Made by a program: the position numbers and the translations under genes | DNA from: Nageia nagi | Taxonomy: Eukaryota > Plantae > Pinophyta | Length of the DNA stretch: 64,000 nucleotides | Reading direction: 5' to 3' | Assembly (NCBI GenBank): GCA_050084985.1 | Contig: JBITNC010000001.1 | Coordinates: forward strand, 171,988,001 to 172,052,000 | Notes under the pieces: generated by a model | What the model saw: the letters and a program-made list of their open reading frames with translations, nothing else | What the model was told of the DNA's origin: nothing | The model's database searches: none | In this document: one piece after another, positions 28,401 through 40,700 of the stretch | Numbering within the stretch: the first letter of the stretch is position 1 | How the letters are laid out: every line of letters begins with the position of its first letter

Positions 28401-31400
28401 TCATTCCACTAAGAAATGTGAGGTGAGGTAATGGCTATTACTTAGAGCTTAACATAATAAAGCTAGCATATGGATCGTGAAGTAAAATTTCAGAACGAGG
28501 GGACAGACTCATCTTAGTCATTGGGATGTCAGATGTTGGATTAACATAGTACCTACTCACCGTTCAAAGGTGCACAAAATGATTTGTTGGAGATAGAAGG
28601 TGACAACATTAGGAGAACAAATCATTGAATTCAAATTCGAATGAGAAAGAGACTCATCGTAGGCATTGGGATGTCAGATGTTGGATTTTAATGAAGGACC
28701 TCTTCATTGCTTGATCCGCAGAAAAGTGAATCAGTGGCTTAGATGGAGCTCTACAATGGAAGGACATAACACATGGACTATGCACTAGAATGTAGCAAAG
28801 ACTGCTACTATACCTTTAAAGTTTATATATTAGTAAAGAATGTTACTATATTAGTTATGAGATTGACTATTACTTATAACTGTAATATGTATTTAGGCAA
28901 AGAAAGAAAGCTTTATTATCCCCAACTTTTTAATATAATGGATAGTTAGGATAATCAAATATGGAGAAAGCTTCATTCTCCTATTTGTATGATAATGAAG
29001 ACTTATACTAAAAATGAAAGACTATTTTCTGATTGTACAAGTTCTAGGAGATCCTTCAAAACTCTGGCTTTTTTTATTAATACAAAATTAACCTTATTAA
29101 TAAAAAAAATGATGATCAAAACACCAACAATCTTGAGAAGCTAATAATAAATTACTTACTAAAAGTGGAATCTAGAATAAAATAAGTACAAAGAATGATA
29201 ATGAGGGACAAACAAAATCCTAAGCGAAGATATAACCAAAGAAGAAAATTAAAAACAAAATTTTACTAATATAGACTAAAATATACTATACATAAAAATA
29301 AACTAAAAGCAAACTTGAACGCTAAGAATATTTTCCAACATTAAAAACTATAAGAAAAGTAACAAGCAATAAAAATTTTCTCAATTTTGCAAAATCTCTA
29401 AGAATTTAAAAAGGTGAGGCCAAAAAATTTACCCATGATGATAAAACCATTCAACAAATAATGTTGCAATAAACCTTGCTATATTGATAATACAAAAAAT
29501 TATCTTAACAAAATTAGTACTTAGATCTCAAATTGTAAAAAACTTTGTAGCAAACTCTTCTATTCAAGAATGAAGATAATGCACCCCCAAGGCACCCAAA
29601 AGGATAACCTAATGCCTCAAGCGAAAAAAGGGATAATGATTCCAATTCAATGTTGACTTAAATAGTATAAATATGATTGAACTCAAATATCTAAGGTGAA
29701 AAAAAAGTAGGGTTTTGAGATGACAAAAAGAAAAAATGGTAATTTCAAACTCCTCTCTCAACTTCCAATATCAAGATCACACATGGTATAAGATAGTGGG
29801 TATGGTGGAAGGTGTTTTAAATGGAAGGTAAGAAATGGAAACGACAGAAGATGGAAAGGATTGAAGACAAGTATGCATGTACAAGCTAAGATGAGATATT
29901 TGAATAAAGGCAAATGATAACTTGAATATCATTATTGTTATTTTATTCATGATTTCACCGTGACAAAGCTATGATAATGTTTTTTTTGTTAGTGATTTTC
30001 CACCTCAGTTGACAAATTTACCTTCCAACATTGAATCTCTGGCACATATTCCTCGTTAAATTATGCATATGATCACTACCTAATTTCAAGGTCATTCTCT
30101 AGACATTTAACTATGAGCTATTTGTTATTTACCAAAAGACGTGTAGGTGCACATACAAGAATAAATTACCTAGCTTTCACTAGAAATGCATATTAAAATA
30201 TTATGATATTCTTTTATTGCATTCATAATTAAACTGCATAATCATAATGTTTGGCAAGTACTAGAGTTATTTTCTTCTTATATGATAATTTCCAATTCAA
30301 GCCTTGCTTGGTGAATGCACCATGCACTATTCAGTAACCACTTGATCTGATGCATACTACAAATATTATGTAGTTTTGCATATTTGTTGAAACACTTTTT
30401 GTTGGTAGCCTTCAGAAAATTAACCTCTTGCATTGTACATTTTTTGTATTAGAGAGAAAATAAACATGTTTTTTTCCAATTGCATCAAATTTGTATGCTT
30501 TATTACAGTTTTACATTATTAATTTTATCACTGTACTTCTTCCTATCTGCTATAATTCAGCATTGTGGATTTGTTAGCCAAGTATTTAACATGCCTTGAA
30601 TCAAATATATATATGCTAAGTAATTTTATAAACCAAGACACAAGTAAATCTTCCCTTATATTTGATCAATAACTTTTGCAGTTACCTACAAGAGGGTGAA
30701 TGGCAAAAATACTTGTATCATGCAATGCATAACATACAACTTAGATTGTTCTTCCGTTAAGTTTTTTTAAAATGCAGATCTTGCATCCAAAGAAAATAAA
30801 CAGTAAAATCATCTTCAAATCATAGAATTAAAATACGGTTTTTTGAAAATAAGGCGTGGGGTCAAATACAAAAAAAAAATGACAAAAAAAATAAGGGAAA
30901 AAGGGGAAAAAAATACCAAAAATACTATAAAAGGCAAGTATTTTTAAAATACGGTTAAATTCAACACCTGAAAATACATGTTTAAAAGGAGTTTTTTATT
31001 CTATGCTTCAAATACAGCCTCAAATACAAATGTATGAAAAATTATTCCCGTGTTACTGTAAAGAAGTCAAATTTAAAGAACCAGTCTCTTATTGGAGAAG
31101 AAACGCTCTTCCAAAATGTTTGTTGGATTAAGTACTTCACTCCCTGAGTAAAATTTACTATTCTAGGAAAAATGTGTAAGTATGCCAGGACTTTGGTATC
31201 TATCGACATCTCAAAACAGCCCCTGGTATAAAAAAACAACAGGTTTTTTTATATGTCAGACAGCAATATGAAAACAGTTATCACATGGCAGTGGGGGAAA
31301 GAGGTTTGAGTGCATTTTGATATACGAGGAAAGAGGACCTGAAAAACTGAAGTTAGGAATTACAAGAGTTCAATAGCCTACCATCTCGGCACAAATGAGC

Positions 31401-31633
31401 TGCCAAAAATAGAAGCAAGCTGTAGCTTTATTGAAATGACTACCTGAATCTGTAGCATTTTGATTTCACTTATAGGTAAACAGTACCTCCTTATAACTGG
31501 AACCTGTGTCTGCAAGTATATGACCTCAAAAATATTTTTAAATGCTATTTTTGAACCCTCCAAATAAAAAAAAGCAATCTGAGACAATCAGATAAAGGTA
31601 AAATGATAGCTCTTCAAGATGTTAAAAACATTT

Positions 31634-31720
31634 TCATGCTCCATATTTAGGTGCTTTCCAAATCTTAAATGCGATCTCATGCAGGAAACTGTCTGCAAGG
31701 ATTGCTCGATCACCTCCATG
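31634..31720 (-). CDS. Terminal exon 6 of the At5g11810-like gene ([28 protein letters not shown])
   Basis: TTGCAG acceptor at 31726-31721, phase 0, joins FQE|GTAGTA donor at 58300; TGA at 31636-31634. Missed by the ORF track. Confidence 0.9.
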   Translation of the reverse strand, partial: HGGDRAILADSFLHEIAFKIWKAPKYGA

Positions 31721-34700
31721 CTGCAACACAAGGGAGTACAAATTGAAAGTGAGAAAAATGATATTTGCTTCTAGCATGGTAACAAAGCAACATCATGATC
31801 ATCAAAATATGGGCATTAGCGTTTGAGGAAAAAATGATGTACCTATCTTGTTTGAGATATTTAGCTTAACTTTGCCGAGAAATCACCAATGAAAAAGCTG
31901 GTCATGAATAATATGGGATCACACCGTAAGCAGGCAGACCACAAAGTTGGACTCTTCATTTTCATGGGAAAACGCAAGGGAGTACAAACTGAAAGCAAGC
32001 AAAACGATATCTGCTTGTAGTATGAAAATGATGTGCATATCTTGTTTGAGGTACTTAGCTTTACTATTGCCCAGAAATCACCAATGAAAAAGCATGACTA
32101 ATATGGAATCATGCCCTAAGCAGGCAGACCATAAAGCTGAACTCTTCATTTTGATGGGGGAACACAAAGGAGTGCAAATTGAAAGGAGACAAAATGATAA
32201 CTGCTTCCAGTATGGTAACAAATCAACATCGTGATCATCAAATTGAGGGCACTAGCTTTTAACAAAAAAATATTTATCTTTTTTGTTTGCAGGATTCAGC
32301 TTATTATCGGCCAAATCTCACCAACAAAAAAGCATGTTCTAGACAATGGAAGATTAAGCCATTGCCTCCATTAAAGGTGACATCATCAATACTCTGTACC
32401 CACTAGTCCATAGACATCTTATCATCAGGTAGCATGCATATATACATATTATTCATAAAGCTAAACTCATCAATCAGATGCTTTTAGTTTAATTTGTGCT
32501 CAAATACTCTACGAACAGCATTGGAAAGTGTTTACATAAGTTGATTTCAATGTCCATGTGAGGCATTGATATTAGTAGACACTAAACATGATAAATGCTT
32601 TCTATAAATGCACTATTCTTAGAATATGACATTCTTGTACAATCACTGTATTATTTATGTGGTAAATGTGACAGTCCTGTTTGAGTGGCTGCTTGCATTA
32701 TCTACACACGCCAATCAATAGGATTCTTAGAGCACTCATGCTATTGCTAATCATATGGTCCTGCATATATATACATCTGGCTAAAGATATTCCACTTGTG
32801 TTCTCATGGTTCATCCATGATATTGGGATCTTCTTTATTATCATAGTTACCAAGTATGATATTTAAGGACAAAAAAGTTTGAAGGTTTAATTTTTCTAAA
32901 AAGGTTTGGACTAGTTTGGAAAAATGCATATATTATTATTATATATAAAAAGGTTCAAACTTAATAATTTCAGTATAACATAAATGCTTTGAACATTAAA
33001 CATAATTGAAAATAAGTAGGAAAAAAATCAATTAAATGTCTAAAGTTAAACTTTCAAAACAAAAAATAGAATAAATTTTCTAAGATTAATTATTGAAAAA
33101 CTATTAAAATTAAAATTGAACTTTTATTTATAAATTCAATTTAGTTTAATAAAATGATAAATCTTATACAGGTATCCACCTGTTATTACAAATTTGAAAT
33201 AGTTTTGGCAACATCTTGCCACTGTTTATTTTGTATAGCTTCAGGATGTTCATCCTGAAGGCACTTTGTTTATCCAAAATTTGGATAACACTTTCAATCT
33301 AATACATATTTTCCATGAATGAATCTACTATAGAAACCATAGCATGTAGATCAACAACTTTGCAAAATTCTCCAATTTTCTTAGTTTTGAGGAGAAATCC
33401 TCTCCCAAGACCATCAAGTGTTGTTTGTTTCCCATCTGCAACTTCCTTGGATACTTCCATCTCCCAGGTTTCATTACTGTTTGGCCTTCTCACATGTTTG
33501 GCACCCATGCTAGCAGATTTAGAAGTACTACGGGTTAACATTCTTGAATTGTTCCTCCCCTGTTGTGTTTCCTTTCCTACAGTCTCCTCAGAATCTGAAG
33601 ACTGATCTCCATATTGGCCATTTCTCTTATTGTATCTAACATTTGTCCATTCATTAGCATCTACCTGATAAATTTGATCATCTTGGTCCTCATCATGGCC
33701 TCTTGAGGATCGCAGGACAATGGGGGAAGCACCTCCATAGAGATACCTAAGGGCTTTTCTGCTACAGAGTCAGGGATTGCGGCTTCCATAATATCTTCAG
33801 AGTTTCGTTCAGAAGCCAAAGCTCCTATTGTATTCTCCACTAAAGAGTGGGGCAGCTTGCCTTTATCAGATATTTCTTTAATATGATCCTTCAAATGTTT
33901 AGGTCTCCACTCTTTCTGGGCAGGGATTCTGGATGGCCAAGAACATGTAGAATGACCAACATGAATGCGGGTGGAACATAGGCTAGCATTAAATTCGTAC
34001 CTCAGCTCTTGGACCCATTCACCAAAATCAGACTCTAACATAATGGTCTTCAGCAATTTCACTCCAAATTCCACCAAAGTGCAGAATCTTACTTCAACCA
34101 GCCTTGATCAGGCCTTTGTAACATCATCAATAATGACAAATTCACCAAAAGAGTTTGCAATGCCTTCAATAACCTTTTGATGCCAAAGATCCAATGGAAG
34201 TTTTGGAAGCGATACCTAGATAGGAGCTGACATGATTTGAGCCTTCTCAGGGATGAATTCAAGCCTCCACTTCTCCAAAAACAATCCCCTCTTCCCAAAG
34301 AACCAGGGGGTGCTCAAGACATAATCCATATCCTTTGCATTACTGAACATGAACATCAAGTAGTCATTTGGTAGTGCAATGAATTCTAGATTGCCCTTGA
34401 TCATCCATCGTAGTTTCATCCATTTGCGAGCTTGGTCAATGTTTGGCCTTGCACCATGCAATTTTCCAATCAAGCTGAGTCAACCTCTATCTGTAGTTTG
34501 ATCTATGATTTCTTTTGGAATCTTCAAACAAAAGTTTCTATCATTCGAAGCATGCACTTCTAATGGGGGACCGGAATCTAGCTTCGCCTCTTGCGAGAAG
34601 AGGCTTCTCCAAGATTGAACCGACGTCGTAGTTGCCATCATTCATTCCTCCGTTCAAAGCCAAAGAGAAAAAAATCGAACAAAGGATAAGCTCCAAGTCC

Positions 34701-37700
34701 CCTTCGAACCACCCAAATCCTTGCCTCCAAGTCAACGAGCATCCTCAAGCTGCCTTTCTTCAACCACATCTCACTCTAGTGCCCCAACAGATCTTCAACA
34801 CTCCATGCAGACCTAACCTCTCCCAAAGTGCCCTAGTTAGATATCAAACACCTATTGCTTGTCGATCCTCCCTTGAATCCCTTGTCATGCCACACCTCCC
34901 ATTGCACTTTGATCTCCAAATATGCATGGGCAAACGATGTGCAGGTCCCCGCCGGATGTTGAGCACCCTGTCGAGCCCTAACATCTCCGCCCTTCGCTCC
35001 CTGTCATTTTGCACTCGCATTCCCAATTAGAAACATCAATCATGTTTCTCTTTCAAAAACTTTAGGGTAAAGATTTGAAGATTCTATATCCACATGCGTA
35101 ATGGGGAGTCCTATAACCTACTAATTTAATATTATTTTTATTGTCTATTAAAAACAAAAATTATAATAACAAAAAAGACATTATTGGTGATTAATATACT
35201 ATTATTCTTACAAACGGGCTGAACAAGGGAGGGAATTCAGTATAACTGCATGTTTAAATCCCTACAACTTTTATTGGTTTGTAAGCATTGTTAGTGTTTC
35301 AAAGGTTCCTCCATAAAAATATTCAAAAAAAAATAGCAGAAAAAAAAAACAGGGAAGAAAAAAAACGTAGAAAAAAAGCAGGAAAAAAAAGGCAAATGTA
35401 GTAACCAAGTGAGTGAAAATGGCGTGAACAAGCAAGGGAATATGGTCTGTAATAGTTGAGAGATCAAATACATTATTTGTAAATGGTATTGCCAGCAATA
35501 ACAATTCCTACCACCGCAAAGCTGCCAGAAATTCAAATGGATGTAATAGAGATTTAAAAACTTGGCAGAAAGAACTCTTATATGCAAATTTAATCAGTTT
35601 TGGCCTGAGCTCTTTGCTCTAAAAAGCTAGATCAGATATAACTGGAAGGTTTAGATCTCTACAACTTTTATTCGTCTATAGTTTTATTAGCGTTTTACAA
35701 GTTGATAAAAAATAAAGGCAGCAGAAAAAGAAGGCAAGAAATAAAAGGTAGAAGAATAACTAAGGTAGGAAAACAAGAAAGGAGCAAGCAAGATAATGCA
35801 AACAGAGTGAGCAGGGGAGAGAATTTAGTCTGTATTTGTAATAGTTGAGAGATCAAATACATTATTTGCAATGGTATTGCCATCGATATCAATTTCCAAC
35901 ACAGCAAAGCTGCTAGAAATTCAAGTACTGTTATCTTGACAAACCGAACTCTCCTATGTAAATTAAATATGTTTTGACCTGGGACCTAGCTCTGAATAAA
36001 TGGACCAGTTATAGCTGAAAACTATCTAGAGAATATAATATTTCTTACCTTCTAAAAGGTTTTTTCCTTGTCATTCTTCATTCTCAAGAGGAAAGAATCT
36101 TTCTTAGGGGGCCTTGGTTCATGGAATTTATAGATTCATTTCTATGCCTCTAGAAGAAGTCCTTAATCCCAGAATCTGCAATTTCTTCCAAAATTCGAAT
36201 GTAAAATAGGTTGTATTGAAGTTGGGACGTTAATATTGGAGATGTGCTGTGATCATTCATCAAATTGGCAGGAGCCACAAAAGGAGAGCAAGCAACCTTT
36301 GTGGGAATTTATGTGGTGATTAACATCAAGAAGCTACTTCCAGAATCTATTATTTGAATTTATTGAATTTGTTTTGGATCCAACCTCTTATATTGAAAAT
36401 ATTGCTTTTAGATGCAGAAAATATTTCAAAACAGGCCATATTATGCACAACTGCCCTCAAATAAGCTCATAAAAGAGATTTCAATCGAATATACAGAGGG
36501 TAAATACTGATAGAAGACCTTTAGAAACAGATGGATAGAAGCAGCCAAAAAACGTTTTTCAACAATGGAGGTTGATCCAAAGGATCCAAAAAGATTTTAA
36601 AAAGAGCTTTGAGGCACTAATAAATGAGAATGACAACAAAAAGAATGCAGAAACCCCTGCAAATAATGTATAGGAATCACAATTAAATAAGCAGGTTAAA
36701 GATAAGAATCAAACACTATATAAGGAGCAAATAATCCTAGAATCGTCTCAATATCCAAAAAGAAGAAAGAGAGAAATGTAGGAGATTTACGAAGTTGAAG
36801 AATCTGTTCCTTGTACTTTGATAATCAAACAAAATACAAAACTAATCAGCAACTAGACGATAAAGCTCAAAGGAAAGAGCGACTCGGTGAATAGTCAAAG
36901 CTCCTAGGGAATATAGTAGTCCAAAGTTCCAAACAACTCCTAGAGCGTAGAAAAGTAGAAAAAGTAGCCAAAAGAATTTGGAAGAAGAGCAAAAGAGGCA
37001 AAGACAAATCTTGATGAAGGATATCAAGCAAAGTTGGTAGGAATCACGATTACTAACTGTTAGAATTTGTAATGAAATATTGTGAATATCTAAACTCCTT
37101 GTAAATTCAATTAATCACTTAAAGGGTATGTAGATACCATAAGGGATTAATTGAATTCTTTAATATGTAGACTTTGACTTTACCAAGTGGTTAGTTGGTA
37201 GGTAAAGTTAGGTGATACATTTATTGTAACCCTAACCTTACCCTTGGGTTAAAGGGAGGTTAGGGAGGTGCTCTCAAGCTATAAATAGAGGGCCTCTCCT
37301 CTTGTAACATAACTAAGTTTTTGGAGTAAGATTACTCTACTAGTTGTGTAGGAGAGGAAGAGAATAGTTGTAAGAGGGGCATACTTGAGAATTGAGATAC
37401 TAATTGTGGATGTACTCCCAAGGAGGGAGGAACCACATTACACTTGTGTTATCTTGTGTGAATGGTGTTAACTTGTGTATGATTGAGTTTCCTAGTCTTG
37501 GTCCTTGAGGATTTGTTTAGATCTAGTCTAAATCCTTCAATTGGTATCAGAGCTTGGTGTGGAAGCTCTTCTTCTTGGTGTGGAAGCTCTTCTTCTTGGT
37601 GTGGAAGCTCTTCTTCAACATTTTGGTGATCTCTCTACTTCCTCACCTTACACTCCATTAGTGAGGTAAATATAAGAGAAGGTATAAATTTCCTCCTCAT

Positions 37701-40700
37701 TTGGTTATTTTATGGATTATTACATGATGCTACTAACACATTACTTGCTATGTGTTAGTCCTTTTAAATTATGATTAACAAGTTGCAATTTTTTTACTAA
37801 TCCTCTATGTTACTTGCAATTTTTAAATTGCTATAATTCTTTTAAAAAGGGTTAGTATACAAAAATTGTATTTTTTTACATATTATATTGGAATTAAATG
37901 TATGTGTTGGTTCAATTTATCACAACATTTGCTTAAATACCAATATATGATGAAAATTGCAATATATACTAACATTCTTTATGTTATTACTATTTGCTTA
38001 AAAATAGTAATATATTATTGTGAAATTTCTCATATATATACTACCATTTTTTATGTTAGTGGTATTTTTTTTATTGGTGAGGCATGAACATTTACAAAAA
38101 TGAGAGGAGGATAATTTTTTTTGTTCTACTACAAATTTTTAAATGAGGGCACAATAATATTTATATACATTTTTTGTATATACAAAAACAAGGGAAAGGT
38201 ATTTAAAAAAAATCAAATAAGTTTTTTTTTTTAATTATCAATCTATAAATAAATAAAACCATTCTAAAATTATTATTTGGGGGGGGTCGAATAAAACGGA
38301 TACATTAAATGGCGCACGCGAATTGTTTAACAAGATGCAGCCATCGTTCCATGCAATGATTGCAGGATATGCCCAACACGGCAGCGAATTGTTTGCAACG
38401 ATGCATGCTGCAGACAGAGTTCCATGGACTGTAAATGATCGCAGGATATGCACCAGACGGATACGTTGAAACGGTCAGCGACTTGTTTGACACCACGCAA
38501 GATGCAGACCGAGTTCCATGGACTGCACTGCTCGCAGGATATGCACGCGAGTTGTTTGACGCGATGCACGATGCAGACACCGTTTCATGGACTGCACTGC
38601 TCGCTCGATATGCACAAAACGGCTACGTTGCAAGGCTCCGCGCCCTGTTTGCAAAATGCAAAATGTAGAAACGTAGACTTGTTTGACAAGATGCTCATCT
38701 CGCTACAGTCTCGTTCACTGCGATGATCGCAGGCTATGCACAAAACGGATACGTTGCGAGGACCTGCCATGGCCGCCTTCTCACCGTAGCCACCACATCC
38801 CTAGCCTTCCGAGCCAAGAATCCAGCGTTGTTTCTCTACTTCTGCTCTGGGTGGGTAATTTATTTATGGATAACAACTCACCTTGACTTGGTCGCCTCTG
38901 CCGCCTCCGCCCGCGCTTATGCCGCCCCGACGATCTGCGCTGGCACACCCCCTACCCACGCGACTTACCACCTCCTCGCCGACTTTGGCCCCTAGGAGAC
39001 TTTGGTCTCCCCTGCCACCCCTGCCCAGCCTCTCCCCCTCCACGTGGCTTCCCTTGGCCCTTCCAATTTTTTTTGTCAAACTATAGTTGTTGAGCCTTAA
39101 TTTTTTTTTACCCACTACAAATTTGATTTGATTTTTTCTTTAAAGTCTAGGTCAAATTAAATATTTAAGGGATTTTTCCTACAACCCTATGATATTTTTA
39201 AGTAAACAAAGGCTATATTTACTTAAAATACATACTTCCAAGACCCTTTTTAGGGATAACCCCTTAAGTGAAAAGTAGGGAGGAATCATACTTAAACAAA
39301 ATTTTTAGCATCCAAGTTTTTAGCACTTTAAGTAAAAACGGGGGGGAATTTTTTATAATTTTTTACTTAAATCTTTATGAATCTTGCATGCTAATTATAA
39401 TGCATGCCTCTTAACCTTGTTAGGAATCAAGCATGCTTAGTACTTAAAATTTTAAGTTAAATAATGCATGATGCATGTTTATTACTTAATTTTTAAGTCA
39501 TGGAATAATACATGTTTAAGTTATAGATTAATGCTAAGTAGGACTTAGCCTTTGTAAAATTCATTATTTTTGAACTTGAGCAAAAATATGAAAAATGTAA
39601 AAGTCCTTTAGGGGTTAGTACAAAACCCATTGGACTCTTAAGGTTTCAAGTTCGTGTGGATGGAGTATTTTTCATTTTACTTTATATTTTTGCACATTTG
39701 CTTTATACTTGCAAATACGCAAAATATTGAAAGTAACCCCTAAAATGAACACATCCGCACGTATTTTTCCACAACATGACTTGTTTGGGGAGCCACGAGG
39801 TGAGGACAGGGCAGACTGGAGCCTTTTTAGTCCGAAGACCCAAGTGGTGGTAAGTCCGTCTTAATTGCCCCTAAGACCTCTGTTGGATTGGACATAACTC
39901 TATTAGGTGGACAGGCATGTGTGTAGTGATACCACATGTCCGCACGTCCATTCAGGGATTATCCTGATAACCTAGGAGGAAAACTGAAAACCTTAATCAA
40001 GATAATTAAAATGGCCGGTCCAAGATACGTCGGATCCTTGGAAAATAGTTAGTACTTCTCCTTGTGAGAGTATATTACTGACCAAGGTGAACTGGTTGAG
40101 GACTGGTAGTACCTGGGCTCCACCTTGCGGGCATCCAGGTGAAGGCCTAATTCTATACAAGAAAACAACCTCAACTTTATCCTTCTACGGATCGTGGTTT
40201 ATAAGTTTGCACATGTGGGACATGTTTGCTTATTAGATGTTTTATATGAATAGATGGAAAATTGTAAAAGTTTGCATTCTTATTGCATATTTACTCTTTT
40301 TTGTAGCAATGGTTGAAACCTTCGTTCCCAAGCATATACTCGACGGTTCCAACTTTGGAATATGGGAACCTCGTATGAAAGCCGAGTTACAAGCAAGGAA
40401 GCTGTGGCAGACAGTTAATGAAGACTTGGTCGCTCCTACTGATGAGAAGGCTCTTGAAGTATACAACTCAAAGAATGAGTTAGCAACTTCAATGATTTAT
40501 CGTGCAGTTTCAGATGATGTCCTTCTCATGATCACTTCTTCAACATCAGCAAAGGAAGCTTGGGATAGGCTAAAGAAAATTTACCTTGGGTCAAAATTTT
40601 CAAGGAGGTTCACCATTCTACAAAAGTTGTTGCAATATCGTCAAGGTGAAGATGAAAGTGCCTCTATCTACTTGAACAAAATCATTGACCTCAGGACACA

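Noticed and set aside
30790-31060. Possible hAT-type MITE with AAATAC repeats ending in GTTACTG
   Set aside because: No convincing matching left TIR or 8-bp TSD found.
38238-39115. Overlapping short ORFs on both strands as real genes
   Set aside because: They are by-products of the GC-rich PPR fragment; no intact PPR ORF, targeting peptide or E/DYW domain.
39950-39995. Possible hammerhead ribozyme (ctgataa...gaaa)
   Set aside because: The core reads CTGATAA rather than CTGANGA, and I could not build the three required stems.
40237-40308. N-terminal hydrophobic 24 aa of the 1207-aa ORF as a signal peptide
   Set aside because: It coincides with a polypyrimidine tract and AG acceptor; Gag similarity starts after ATG 40309.
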